Positions 20,115 to 30,134 of a stretch of 39,735 nucleotides of DNA are shown one piece after another. The stretch comes from Caldilineaceae bacterium (GTDB taxonomy: Bacteria; Chloroflexota; Anaerolineae; Caldilineales; Caldilineaceae), in contig JAGRCP010000046.1 in NCBI GenBank assembly GCA_020433455.1, positions 1 to 39,735 of the forward strand, read 5' to 3'. The notes beneath the pieces were generated by a model. That model was not told the origin of the DNA and made no database searches. It saw only the letters and a list, made by a program, of their open reading frames with translations. A program made the translations under genes and the position numbers. How positions within the stretch are numbered: position 1 is the stretch's first letter; the number at the start of each line of letters is the position of its first letter.

Positions 20115-21680
20115 ATGAGCGATAAAATTCTCCACTCTTTTCAAGCCCGGCGGCTGGTTGTCCAAGCCTTCGATGAACTGGGCGCAACAACCAGCGAAAA
20201 TGAGCTGATCCGCCAGGCCCGGACGCTGGTGCAAAAATTTGACGCCCCCCTGATCCTGGCAGAGTTGCTGCGACGTCTGGACACGCCCAGCAGCCAACTG
20301 CGCGGCGGGCTGGGGCACGTGGCCGCGCTCCTTCCGCCCGACGCCACGACCCCGGCCCTGCGCGAGGTTGCCGCCGATCGACGGCGGGCTCCTCAGGAAC
20401 GTATCGCAGCGGCGCTGATTCTGGAACGCTACCTGGGCGAGGACCTGCCCGCAGGCGTCATGAGCGATCTGGATGAGAGCGACGATGTCGCCATGCAGAG
20501 CCTGCGTGAGGCCATCGAGGAAGCGCAGCAAAACCGCCACATTTTGCTGGAATACGTCTTGCAGATGCGCGCCATGGGAGCCGAAGTCGCTTTCGCGGTG
20601 ATGGAGATGCTGGCCCGGCTGCCGCCCGCGGATCAGATTGAACTGCTGCGCCTCATTGCCCAGGACCGCCGTCCGGCCGTCATGCACGGGGCCCTCCGTC
20701 AATTGGAATCTCTGGGACAGAGCGATGCCGGGGAAGCAGCGGCCCGCGCGCTGCACATTCTTACGTTTATGCTGCCCGGCGCCGGCGGGGAAGCCGCTCG
20801 GCGCGCGCTGCGCAAGCTGAGCTTCACCGGCGTGCGCTACGCGCCGCCTGCGCCGAAGAATTGGCATGCGCTGCTCAGCCCCGCGGACGTAATGGGGAAT
20901 CAATATCTCTGGTTTGTCAGGCGTCCCCGCCGCGCCGAGACCGGAACCATTGTCAGTTATCAAATCAACCCGGTTTCCGGCCTTGCCTACTTTTTCGCCG
21001 GTGAGGCGATTCCTCCCGCTTTCTTACCCGGCGCGCCGGGCGAGGGACGGCAGATGTTGCTGGATACGGGCTCCGGCGAATCGGTGCTCATGGTTCAGCC
21101 CCCCCTTGATCTCGCCCGTCAACTGGCGCATGAGAGCTTGGTCCGCTATCAGGCGATTGATAATCCTCCCTCCCTGCCCGCGGAGATCGAACTGTACAGC
21201 GATCATCTCTGGCAATTTGCCGCGCCGACGCCCGCGCCTGACCTGGCGGCTTACCTGGCGCTCCCGGATGAGCCGGCGTCTCTGCCTGCTGCCTACGACC
21301 CCTTTACCCAGGCGGAGGAATTGCTGCGCTTGCCCAGCTTTTCGCCGTGGTTTCGTCAGTTCCACACGCTCCTCAGCGAGACGGGCTTTTCACCCCCGGC
21401 CGACGCAGTAGCCAATAATGCGACGAATGAAGAGGCGCTCTTTACCCTGGCCGGACAGGCGCTCACCGAGTTAAGCCTTTTCCCCGGGGCGCAGGAAATG
21501 CAGGTCGCTTTGGCCGGCGCGTTGGGGCGTCAAGCGCTTTGGCTGCACCTCACGGGCAATCAGCGGGACGCTGAACGTGCTTTTCAGTTGGCAAGTTTCC
21601 TGCCTGGCCGACCGCTGCAGCAAGACCCGTTTCTCCTTACCTTACTGGCGGGCGTTCTGGCCAGGATTGAGGAGAAATAG
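20115..21680 (+). CDS. Conserved hypothetical protein (about 521 aa, Ala/Leu/Arg-rich, no recognisable motif)
   Basis: The long ORF opens at 19686 inside obg, but the first plausible start is ATG 20115 (MSDKILHSF), after obg and just downstream of a TATAAT box at 20103-20108. Confidence 0.55.
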   Translation: MSDKILHSFQARRLVVQAFDELGATTSENELIRQARTLVQKFDAPLILAELLRRLDTPSSQLRGGLGHVAALLPPDATTPALREVAADRRRAPQERIAAALILERYLGEDLPAGVMSDLDESDDVAMQSLREAIEEAQQNRHILLEYVLQMRAMGAEVAFAVMEMLARLPPADQIELLRLIAQDRRPAVMHGALRQLESLGQSDAGEAAARALHILTFMLPGAGGEAARRALRKLSFTGVRYAPPAPKNWHALLSPADVMGNQYLWFVRRPRRAETGTIVSYQINPVSGLAYFFAGEAIPPAFLPGAPGEGRQMLLDTGSGESVLMVQPPLDLARQLAHESLVRYQAIDNPPSLPAEIELYSDHLWQFAAPTPAPDLAAYLALPDEPASLPAAYDPFTQAEELLRLPSFSPWFRQFHTLLSETGFSPPADAVANNATNEEALFTLAGQALTELSLFPGAQEMQVALAGALGRQALWLHLTGNQRDAERAFQLASFLPGRPLQQDPFLLTLLAGVLARIEEK

Positions 21681-21795
21681 GACCTGCCCCTCGAAACTTT
21701 TTCCCTGCCTTCCCGTATTGCTTTGTACAACGAGTCAAGCGATATTCACTTGGCGTACATGATATTGATGACGTTCGTGCGGGAACCTGGTTCGC

Positions 21796-22032
21796 TTGGA
21801 TGTCATATCCGAAAAAGGAAGCAAGGAAATGGACGAAATGACCGTAAATGAAGAACGTAACCAGCTGCGCCGCCAGAACGGCATGATTGCCGGCGTATGC
21901 GGTGGACTAGGCGCTTTTTTTGGCATTAACCCCTTCTGGTTCCGCCTGCTCTTTGTGTTGCTGGCGCTGCCGGGCGCGTTGCCGGGCGTACTGATCTATT
22001 TTGTGCTCTGGCTGATTATTCCCCGCCGCTAG
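21796..22032 (+). CDS. PspC-domain membrane protein
   Basis: The sequence GVCGGLGAFFGINPFWFRLLFVLLAL...VLIYFVLWLIIP is a PspC domain. An alternative start at 21829 (MDEMTV) has an AGGAAG RBS. Confidence 0.75.
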   Translation: MDVISEKGSKEMDEMTVNEERNQLRRQNGMIAGVCGGLGAFFGINPFWFRLLFVLLALPGALPGVLIYFVLWLIIPRR

Positions 22033-22070
22033 CCGCGGCCTATCGCATTCCGATACCCTTTTTAACGCAA

Positions 22071-22103
22071 AGAGGCCGGGTTCCGTACGGAACCCGGCCT
22101 CTT
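22071..22103. terminator. Bidirectional hairpin (15-bp perfect stem, 3-nt loop) between convergent pspC-like and S41 peptidase genes
   Basis: AGAGGCCGGGTTCCG-TAC-CGGAACCCGGCCTCT is an exact inverted repeat. The flanking T-tracts are weak. Confidence 0.5.
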
Positions 22104-22140
22104 TGGCTGTCAGCCCATCCTCGCAATCGGCCGGAAAACG

Positions 22141-24795
22141 CTACTCTGCAAAGTCCGTATAGCGCACCTGGACCCAGCCCGGTATGACCAATGCATCGGC
22201 GGCGACCTGGACCCAGGCCCCGTCTTCGCTGACCTGAAGAACGCTCAGGATGGAGCCGTTGGCCAGATAGGCCAGGGCTTTGGCCTTTGTATCCGGCTCT
22301 TCATGCACGGTGAGGGGCCAGCCGTCCGTCTGTATGGAGGCCAAACCGATGGGTTCGGCCGTTGCTCCGGCGGTGTGGACATCCGTCTCGCCGCCCGCTC
22401 CTTCGCCCATCGACGCGTCTGCCACCGTCAGCATGAATTCACCGGCGCCGACATCGTCCAGGCTGCCCGCTTCCAACACCAGGGTCAGATCGTAGGGGAT
22501 TTCCAGTTCGGTAAAGCCCGCGTCCCGGATATCTTCACCCAGATCATCATTCGCCAAAAGCAGGTTGTCGTCCAAATCATACACGCGCAGAACCGTGTCC
22601 AGATCGTCGTTTGCGGCCGCGACGCGGATATTGATGACGTCTCCCTCCGCCACGTCCAGCGTATAGCGTACGCGCGTGTCCGCCGCAAGTTCGCCGCTTA
22701 CGCTGTCGCCGACCGCAACTGCGCCGCCGTCTGTAATCTCCGCGGTAGTCGCGCTGATCAGATAGTCGATTGCCGCGTCCAGAATGGGATCGCCCTCGCT
22801 GAAGAGGGTCTCCTCAGTCACGGGCACTTGTACGGTGGGCTGCACGCCTACGCCTTCAATGTGGATGTCGCCGTTCATGTCCACGGCGCGTCCCGCGGTG
22901 AAAGTGAAATATTCGCCGCCGGGCATGAGCACCTGATCAATGCTGCCGCCCAGACCGCCGGTAGGATATTGGCCCACAATCGCGGCACGATCGTTGAGGC
23001 TCATGTCGTAGGCGAAGAACTCGCACGCGCTGTTGCAATTGGGCCCCACCAACACGGCCACTTTGCCCCGATAGCGAAGGTCTTCCGCCGGCAGATAGAA
23101 GCGATCCACGGTGCGCTCGTCAAAGAAAAACTCGCCCAGGCTTTTGTCATAACGTCCGTTGTTGCCCAGTTCCAGGGGCTCATCGAAGAAATATGCGGCC
23201 ATCTGATCGGCCAGGAAACCGCTGCCGCCGCCGTTCTGGCGCATGTCGATGATGAGACCGGGCACGCCCGCCTGGTTGAGCGTACGGATCATGCGCTCCC
23301 ACAGCTGAATGCTCAGGAGGTCATTATCCGAGAAGCTGTAGATTTTGGCGTAGCCTAACCCCGCGTTGTCCAGCAGCAAGTATTCCACCGGCTGCTCAAA
23401 ACCGGTGAGACCGCTGTAAAAGGAGGAGAAGCTGAAGCTTTCGGTTTCGGGAACCGCGGCCAGGGTCGCGGTTACGGCGTCGTCCTCTCCCGGATTTTTA
23501 TACGTAATTTCGACTGTTGAATCCAGGGGGAAGCGAATGGCATAGCGAAGCTGCTGCAAGCGGCGCACGTGATCGGTGCTGAAGGGACCGGAATAGGCCA
23601 CGGCCGAGTCCACCGCCTCATCTATGGGCATGCCGTTGATGGCGATAATTTCCGCGCCCAGTTCGATGCCCTGCTCAGCGGCCGGACCATTGGGTAAGAT
23701 GAAGTTGGCAATAACCCGACCGTCATCCACGTCACGGATGGCCAGGCCCAGCCCGGCGGCCGTCGCGGACTGGAAATCTTCCATGATGTTGGGACCGCTC
23801 ACGTGGCCGTCGGGAATGCTCCAGGCGAAGTCGCGCAGCGCGCGGCGATAAGCCGTGAGGTCGTTGTTGGCCTCGGCCTCTTCAAAACGAGGAAGCAACT
23901 CGCTGCGCAAGGCCTCCCAGTCCATGCCCTTGTATTCGGTAAAGGCATATTCGTTGCTCAGCTGGTCAACTAGCGCGTTGAATGCCTCAGCGTAGCCCAG
24001 GTTCGAGTAATCGACCAGGGCGGAACCTTCGGGCTCAATGAGGTTCACCACCGGATTGCGCGAACGATCAAACGTAAAGGGATCGCTGTCCAGATTGACC
24101 AGCGTGTAGCCGGCGGGCACGGTCACGATGGGATCGTCGTCTGTAAAGAGGAGTCCATCCTCGCCAAAGCCGGCAGGAAAGCCCTGCTGATCATCGGGCG
24201 CGTAAATGAGGAACGTCCCGCCTACGATTTCCCGCCGGGTTTCCGCATCTTCGCTTACCCGGGTGGATGCATAGGCCGTGGACCAGCCGCCGCCGTAGAG
24301 GTCCCGCTCTTCCAGAAACGGATCGCCGAAGGTATTGGTCCAGTAGGCGGGCGCAAAGACCATGACGCCCGTCTCGTCCACGCCGTCGTGGTCCACGTCG
24401 CGCAGGCTGCCCTGGGGCTCAATCGGCAGGGCAATGGAATAGGCGAAGGGCGACGTGTAGAAGTCCGAGGTGATCTGCCCCAGGGTTTGGGATTCTACGG
24501 GCATAATGTAGCCTTCGTTGCGGTCTACAAAGCCGGTCTGATCTTCCAGGATGACCATGGGCGCGGCCACGCCCATGGTGAAGAAGGGCGAGGTATAGTT
24601 CACCTCGCCTGTGATGGTCACAGGACCGCCCTCGTCGTTGACGATTTCGGCAGGCGGCGCGTCCTCCTGGGCGTAGGCCGCCGGTGCCAGGAGCAGGCCG
24701 AAGGCCAACAGCAGAATCAACAAGTACGTTAATCGTCGCTCCGTGCTACTGGAATGCAGATACATATTGTTCTCCTTATAGAAAATGAAGATCAA
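22141..24795 (-). CDS. Secreted S41-family (C-terminal processing/tail-specific-like) peptidase with PDZ and C-terminal PPC domain
   Basis: A signal peptide is present. The S41 motifs are LIIDMRQNGGG and GPNCNSACEFFA. The PDZ domain contains GAEIIAINGMPIDEA. The C-terminal pre-peptidase PPC-like beta domain contains DTRVRYTLDVAEGDVINIRV. Confidence 0.7.
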   Translation of the reverse strand: MIFIFYKENNMYLHSSSTERRLTYLLILLLAFGLLLAPAAYAQEDAPPAEIVNDEGGPVTITGEVNYTSPFFTMGVAAPMVILEDQTGFVDRNEGYIMPVESQTLGQITSDFYTSPFAYSIALPIEPQGSLRDVDHDGVDETGVMVFAPAYWTNTFGDPFLEERDLYGGGWSTAYASTRVSEDAETRREIVGGTFLIYAPDDQQGFPAGFGEDGLLFTDDDPIVTVPAGYTLVNLDSDPFTFDRSRNPVVNLIEPEGSALVDYSNLGYAEAFNALVDQLSNEYAFTEYKGMDWEALRSELLPRFEEAEANNDLTAYRRALRDFAWSIPDGHVSGPNIMEDFQSATAAGLGLAIRDVDDGRVIANFILPNGPAAEQGIELGAEIIAINGMPIDEAVDSAVAYSGPFSTDHVRRLQQLRYAIRFPLDSTVEITYKNPGEDDAVTATLAAVPETESFSFSSFYSGLTGFEQPVEYLLLDNAGLGYAKIYSFSDNDLLSIQLWERMIRTLNQAGVPGLIIDMRQNGGGSGFLADQMAAYFFDEPLELGNNGRYDKSLGEFFFDERTVDRFYLPAEDLRYRGKVAVLVGPNCNSACEFFAYDMSLNDRAAIVGQYPTGGLGGSIDQVLMPGGEYFTFTAGRAVDMNGDIHIEGVGVQPTVQVPVTEETLFSEGDPILDAAIDYLISATTAEITDGGAVAVGDSVSGELAADTRVRYTLDVAEGDVINIRVAAANDDLDTVLRVYDLDDNLLLANDDLGEDIRDAGFTELEIPYDLTLVLEAGSLDDVGAGEFMLTVADASMGEGAGGETDVHTAGATAEPIGLASIQTDGWPLTVHEEPDTKAKALAYLANGSILSVLQVSEDGAWVQVAADALVIPGWVQVRYTDFAE

Positions 24796-24818
24796 AGATT
24801 GGGAAGAAGCGTGCAGCT

Positions 24819-27089
24819 TTATTCCTCAATCTTTACTCCTCGACTTACCGCGTGCCACACCTTTTCCGGCGTATAGGGCAGCTGGTCGATCCAAACGCCG
24901 GTCGCGGCATGGATGGCGGCGCCGATGGCCGGCGCAGTAGGAATGAAGGGCATCTCCGCCATGCCCCGTGCGCCCAGCGGCCCCTGGGGATCGGGATGTT
25001 CCAGAATGATGGGGGTGATTTCCTGGGCCACGTCCAGCACGCCGGGGATGAGATAGCCGCTCATGCTGGGGTTGCCGATGCGGCCGTCGCTCTGGACCAG
25101 ATTCTCCAGCAATGTCCAGCCTACGGATTGGGCGACCGCGCCCTCGATCTGCCCTTCCACCTGCTGAGGATTGATGGCCGCGCCTACATCGTTGACGCTG
25201 ATAAGCCGCGTCACCGTGACGCGGCCGGTTTCCATGTCCACCTCTACTTCGGCGGCCTGGGCGCAATAACCGTAGGTGATATTGGGATCGGATTCGCCCG
25301 TCTCGGCATCGTACATGGTGGTCGGCCGGGGGCGATAAACGAAGTCGGCCCGGGCGGGGCGCTCTTCGTTCCGCCACGCCCTGAGGGCCTCTTCGGTCGC
25401 GCCCAGAATGGCATTGCCCGCCATGAAGCTCATGCGGCTGGCCGATGTGCTGCCGGTGGAGCCGCCGTCATCCGTATCTTCCGCACGCAACGTCACTTGA
25501 TTGGGCTCAATGCCCAGCGCCTGGGCGGCAATTTGGCAGAACAGGGTGTGCGCGCCCTGGCCCACATCCGCGCCCACGCAACTCACGACAGCCCGCTCAA
25601 TCTCCGATTCGCCATGCAGCTCCACCGCAGCAGCGCACTGTTCGGGCGCGCCCAGGCTGAAGCCCACATTTTTCAGACACATGGCCATCCCCACGCCCCG
25701 CGCGGTTGCGCCTTGGGTCGCGTCCAGGGAGAGGCGCAGCGCGGACCGCGGTTGCGTCCGGCGCGTTGCCCGCCTCATTGCCAATTGACCCTCGTTTGTC
25801 GTCAACTCTTCGTCGACGCGCTCCAGCACTGCGGACGCGGAACAGCCCGGCGGCACGGGGCTGCGGGTCGCCAGCAGATCGCCGTCATGCAGGACGTTGC
25901 GTCGCCGTATTTCCACCGGATCCAGGCCCAGTGCAGCCGCCAGCTTGTTGACCTGCATTTCCGCGGCAAAATGGGCCTGGGGGCCGCCAAAGCCCCGAAA
26001 CGCGCCATTGGGGCAGTTGCTGGTGTAGACCGCCCTGGCCTCCACCGCAACATTCGGGATGGCGTAGGGCCCCAGACAGGCCAACACCGCGTTGCCCAAT
26101 ACCTTGGTGCTGGTCGAGGCGTAGGCTCCGGCATCGGCGATTACCTCGTTCTGCGCCGCGGTGATGCGCCCCTCTGCATCGGCCGCCCACTTGGCGCGAA
26201 TAATGTAGGGATGGCGCTTGTGGTGCCCGCGGATGCTCTCCTCACGGCTCCAAACGGTCTTGACCGGACGTCCTGTCTTTTGTGCGGCCAGCGCCAGCGC
26301 GATCTGGAGCGAGATGTCCTCCCGCCCGCCGAACGCGCCGCCGATGGCCGGATAGCGCACGACGATTTGCTCATCGGGCAGGCCCAGCGCGTGGGCGATC
26401 TGCTCTCGCTCCTCATGCATCCACTGGCCGCCGCAGATGACCTCAATGCGGCCGTCAGGCAGCGTGTGGGCCAGCCCCGCTTCAGGCTGAAGGTAGAGAT
26501 GCTCCTGAGCGTGGGTTCGGTACTCCGCCTCAATAACGACTTCGGCATCGGCAAAAGCCGCCTCCACATCGCCGTGATGGATGCGGAACGAATGGAGCAC
26601 GTTAGAGGCCAGATTTCGTTCGCCGTACATGAACTCAAAAAAATTGGGGTGGAAGATGTGGGCGTCGGGCTGCATGGCCGCCAGGGGATCGGTGATGATG
26701 GGCAGCTCTGTGTAATCCAATTCGATCAGCTCGGCCGCGGCCGCGGCCTGCCCGGGCGTTTCGGCTATGACCAGCGCAATGCGATCCGCTTCCCACCGCA
26801 CCACCGCGGCCTGTTCATTGCTGCCCGGCCCGCAGATCACGGGCTGGTCGGGCATGATAAGCCCGAATTCGTTGACGGGAACGTCCGCCGCAGTCAATAC
26901 GGCAATGACGCCCGGTGCGGCCGCGGCCCGGCTGACATCCACGGCGTGAATGCGGGCATGGGGAATGCCCGCAAAGACCGTTTTCATGTACGCCTGGCCC
27001 GGCAGATCGATATCACCGGGATAGAGGGCTGCGCCCGTGGTCTTGTCCGCCCCGTCGATTCGGGGTAAACTGCTGCCGACAGCTCGCAT
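24819..27089 (-). CDS. Molybdopterin-binding large subunit of the xanthine dehydrogenase/aldehyde oxidase/CoxL family
   Basis: The N-terminal a/b-hammerhead is [18 protein letters not shown]...[10 protein letters not shown]...[13 protein letters not shown], and the 756-aa MoCo-binding body follows. No adjacent 2Fe-2S or FAD subunit genes are present. Confidence 0.85.
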   Translation of the reverse strand: MRAVGSSLPRIDGADKTTGAALYPGDIDLPGQAYMKTVFAGIPHARIHAVDVSRAAAAPGVIAVLTAADVPVNEFGLIMPDQPVICGPGSNEQAAVVRWEADRIALVIAETPGQAAAAAELIELDYTELPIITDPLAAMQPDAHIFHPNFFEFMYGERNLASNVLHSFRIHHGDVEAAFADAEVVIEAEYRTHAQEHLYLQPEAGLAHTLPDGRIEVICGGQWMHEEREQIAHALGLPDEQIVVRYPAIGGAFGGREDISLQIALALAAQKTGRPVKTVWSREESIRGHHKRHPYIIRAKWAADAEGRITAAQNEVIADAGAYASTSTKVLGNAVLACLGPYAIPNVAVEARAVYTSNCPNGAFRGFGGPQAHFAAEMQVNKLAAALGLDPVEIRRRNVLHDGDLLATRSPVPPGCSASAVLERVDEELTTNEGQLAMRRATRRTQPRSALRLSLDATQGATARGVGMAMCLKNVGFSLGAPEQCAAAVELHGESEIERAVVSCVGADVGQGAHTLFCQIAAQALGIEPNQVTLRAEDTDDGGSTGSTSASRMSFMAGNAILGATEEALRAWRNEERPARADFVYRPRPTTMYDAETGESDPNITYGYCAQAAEVEVDMETGRVTVTRLISVNDVGAAINPQQVEGQIEGAVAQSVGWTLLENLVQSDGRIGNPSMSGYLIPGVLDVAQEITPIILEHPDPQGPLGARGMAEMPFIPTAPAIGAAIHAATGVWIDQLPYTPEKVWHAVSRGVKIEE

Positions 27090-27156
27090 GACAATCTCCC
27101 TATCGTTTAATTTTTTTGTCGGTTCTCTGAATCAATTCGGCTACTCTTTGGGACCG

Positions 27157-27513
27157 TTAATCCCGCCGGACCAGCATGGGGCCGAGCCGACGCCCGCCCA
27201 ACAGGTGCATGTGCAGGTGATACACTTCCTGGCCGCCGTCCCGATTACAGTTCACGATCAAGCGGTAGCCGTTCTCGTCAATGCCCTCGTCGGCGGCCAG
27301 CTTGGCCGCGACCGTGAAGAGGCGGCCCAATGCCGGCTCATCCTCTTCCGTCACGTCGTTGACGGTGGGAATGATCCGGTTGGGAATGATGAGGATATGG
27401 GTAGGCGCCTGGGGATTGACGTCCCGGAAAGCAGTAACCAAATCGTCCTGATAAAGAATATCGGCCGGAATTTCCCGGCGGATAATTTTGCTGAAAATGG
27501 TCTCCTGGGCCAT
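27157..27513 (-). CDS. HIT-family (histidine triad) nucleotide hydrolase
   Basis: The motif HLHMHLLGG is HxHxHxx, and the protein is 118 aa from [11 protein letters not shown]. The listed longer ORF has an implausible N-terminal extension. Confidence 0.85.
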   Translation of the reverse strand: MAQETIFSKIIRREIPADILYQDDLVTAFRDVNPQAPTHILIIPNRIIPTVNDVTEEDEPALGRLFTVAAKLAADEGIDENGYRLIVNCNRDGGQEVYHLHMHLLGGRRLGPMLVRRD

Positions 27514-27806
27514 GAACGCCTCCTGAGTCGGGTGGGGGGGAAAAGTCGTCCTGCGGTAAGCTGACGGAATTATAGCGCAGTTCGCACACGCTGTCAGGCA
27601 AGCGCTGCGCTGTGGGCGCAATTCACTTTGCGAGCAGATCGTCATGCCTGACCAGGCTTGCCGTAAGCTCATACAATCCGCCGTCTGTCTTTGCCCCGCG
27701 TGCGTCAGGCGAATGTCATTGCCCTGTCGCAGGCTAGTCAAGTACAATACGTCGTAAATGCTTAGACTGACAATATCGTTCCGGTCTCTTATGCAGGAGA
27801 ACGTCT

Positions 27807-28568
27807 ATGCTGCGCATGACCCGCACCCGCATCACCTTCTTCAGCGTCGTCGGTCTGATGGTGATTATCCTTATGATCTCCCTGGCGACCCAATCCATTG
27901 CCGTACAGGCGTTGAGCCAGCTCTTCATTGCTGCAACCATTTTCAGCGTTGCGGTGGTGACCATCGACATGCTGGGCCTGCTGGGCGGCGAGAGCGGCGA
28001 CGGCGCGCACGGCGGCGACAGCGGTGATTTTGATGCAGGCGATGTTGACGCGGGCGATTTTGACGCAGGGGATGCGGCGATCGACCACGCGGGTGACGGC
28101 GAGATTGCGGTAACGGGCGGCGAGGATATCGGTCCGGGCGACACCCATACCGGATATCTGGGCGATCAGGGCAATCCGGTGCTCTCGGCCCTGACCTACC
28201 TGCGCATGTTCGTCTATTTCTGCCTCGGCTTTGGGCCCGTGGGTTGGTTTGCGCTGAACGGCGGTTGGAATCCGGCCATGGCCCTGCTGTTGGCCGCGGG
28301 CGTGGGCGTGATTGCGGTCTTTATCGCCCAGGCGTTTTTCCGCTTCCAGCGCAGCGATACCGACTCCAGCATCCGCAACAGCGAACTGCTGCAGCGTCCT
28401 GCCACCGTCCTCATCGGCCTAAGCGACACGAGTTTGGGGCGGGTGCGGGTTCAGATCGGCATGAGCGTGCTGGAGCCCCACGCGCTGGCTGCTCGTCCCG
28501 GACGTTTTGTCAAAGGCGACGCCGTGCGCATCGTCCGCGTCGAGGATGATTGCGTTTATGTGGAATAG
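27807..28568 (+). CDS. NfeD-like membrane protein (OB-fold C-terminus) with Asp/Gly-rich acidic insert
   Basis: It has TM helices and the C-terminal NfeD beta-barrel (ATVLIGLSDTSLGRVRVQIGMSVLEP...GDAVRIVRVEDDCVYVE). It lies immediately upstream of the flotillin gene. Confidence 0.7.
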   Translation: MLRMTRTRITFFSVVGLMVIILMISLATQSIAVQALSQLFIAATIFSVAVVTIDMLGLLGGESGDGAHGGDSGDFDAGDVDAGDFDAGDAAIDHAGDGEIAVTGGEDIGPGDTHTGYLGDQGNPVLSALTYLRMFVYFCLGFGPVGWFALNGGWNPAMALLLAAGVGVIAVFIAQAFFRFQRSDTDSSIRNSELLQRPATVLIGLSDTSLGRVRVQIGMSVLEPHALAARPGRFVKGDAVRIVRVEDDCVYVE

Positions 28569-28625
28569 CAGGCGTAACGCGCCTGCATTACTTCTGACAT
28601 CTGACTGTTGAAAGGAGCGTTATCC

Positions 28626-30011
28626 ATGGGAATTATCGGTGGCGTTGTAGCGGTTGTTCTTTTCTTTCTGGTAATCGGCCTGCTGCGGTCCATTATTCAC
28701 GTCTGTCCGTCGAACCAAATTCTGGTGATTACCGGCGGCACGGAGACCGAAGTGGACGGACGCAAATATGGCTTCCGCCTGCAGAAGGGCGGCTGGACGG
28801 CCATCGTGCCTTTCCTGCAGAACGCACGCTCCATTGACCTGACGATTACGCCCATCAACGTGCGCATTGACGGCGTCAACTCGGCCAACGGCATCAACGT
28901 GGGCGCGGATGCCACGGCCTGCGTCTGTATCGATGATGAGAATGAGACGCTGCTCTACAGCGCGGTCCAGCAGCTCCTGGGCAAATCGCGGGATCAGATT
29001 CAGGATCAGATTCAGCAGACCATGATTGGTAACTTCCGGGCCGCGCTCAACAAGACGACGCCCCTTCAGGCCATCGGTATGGTGGAGAGTGCAGAGGATG
29101 TGGATGATGTGGAATTGGCCGCCCTGGCGGGCAAAACCATCGGCACGACGCCCATGGATGCCTCCAACAGCAGCGCAGAACTGGTCGAGAAGATTAATGA
29201 TGCCGAAGGCGAGCGCGCAATCTTCCGCAGCGTACTGCTGGAAGATTGCCAGGAAGATTTGAGCAGCTTCGGCATTGACGTTGTTTCGGTCTCCCTCCAA
29301 CGGATTTGGGATACGTCCAACTATATCGCCAACCTGGCCAATAAGACCCTTTCACGCAAGCGCCAGGATGTGGAAGTCGAGGAGGCCCGCCTCCACGCCC
29401 GGGCCGACCGGGCCGAATCCGATGCCCAGCGCCGGATGCAGGTGGCCGAGAGTCAGGCCAACGAACGCATTGTGGCCGCACGTCAGGATGTGGAACTCTT
29501 CCGACGCCAGGCTGAGGCTGACATCAACCGGGCACGGCTGGAGGCGGACAGCGCCATTGCCGAGGCGGAAAGCCAGGGCCAGCGCAAGGTGGAGGAGTTG
29601 AAGGTGGAGTTGCAGCGGCTGCGCAACCAGTCGGAAGTGACGCTGGATGCCTCGGCCCGGCGCCGGGCCGCGGAAACCACGGCCGAGGGCGAAGGCGACG
29701 CCGTGGAGATCGTCCAGGCTGCCCACAACGATTTGCTCCAGCGCAGGGCCGAGCTGCTGCGGGAGAACGGCGATTTGGCGCGGCTGGTGCTCATCTACAA
29801 CAAGCTGCCCGAACTGTTTGCTGCCTATCAGCAGCACGCCCAATCCCAAAAGGTGGGGCAGCTGCTGGTGCTCAACGAAGAAGACGGTTTCAATCAGGCC
29901 GTCAACCGGGGCCCGGCCGCCATGGTCAGCTTCCTGCAGCAACTGGATGCGGGTTTCGGCGTCAACCTGCGCGATCTCCTGCGCAGCGATCAGCCGGCCC
30001 AGCAAGCGTAG
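28626..30011 (+). CDS. SPFH/Band-7 flotillin-like protein (FloT/YuaG-like)
   Basis: There is an N-terminal TM segment, an SPFH domain, and a C-terminal Ala/Glu/Arg/Gln-rich coiled coil. An AAAGGAG RBS precedes the ATG at 28626, and the TTG at 28608 is an alternative start. Confidence 0.8.
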   Translation: MGIIGGVVAVVLFFLVIGLLRSIIHVCPSNQILVITGGTETEVDGRKYGFRLQKGGWTAIVPFLQNARSIDLTITPINVRIDGVNSANGINVGADATACVCIDDENETLLYSAVQQLLGKSRDQIQDQIQQTMIGNFRAALNKTTPLQAIGMVESAEDVDDVELAALAGKTIGTTPMDASNSSAELVEKINDAEGERAIFRSVLLEDCQEDLSSFGIDVVSVSLQRIWDTSNYIANLANKTLSRKRQDVEVEEARLHARADRAESDAQRRMQVAESQANERIVAARQDVELFRRQAEADINRARLEADSAIAEAESQGQRKVEELKVELQRLRNQSEVTLDASARRRAAETTAEGEGDAVEIVQAAHNDLLQRRAELLRENGDLARLVLIYNKLPELFAAYQQHAQSQKVGQLLVLNEEDGFNQAVNRGPAAMVSFLQQLDAGFGVNLRDLLRSDQPAQQA

Positions 30012-30134
30012 GGCAAATGAAAGTCAATCAATATCGTCTGCGGCGATATCGTCTTGGGGCCGGTTTGCGTGCAAGATATCGCTTGAACTTACGACAATAT
30101 TGGTATCAATAACCATACGCATACGGTTCGTATC

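Noticed and set aside
22303-23358. 351-aa plus-strand ORF inside the S41 peptidase gene
   Set aside because: It is an antisense shadow ORF. The minus-strand product has a signal peptide and S41/PDZ/PPC motifs.
24852-27068. 738-aa plus-strand ORF
   Set aside because: It is the antisense shadow of the XDH/CoxL-family Mo subunit, which has strong family motifs. The antisense product is Gly/Arg/Ala low-complexity.
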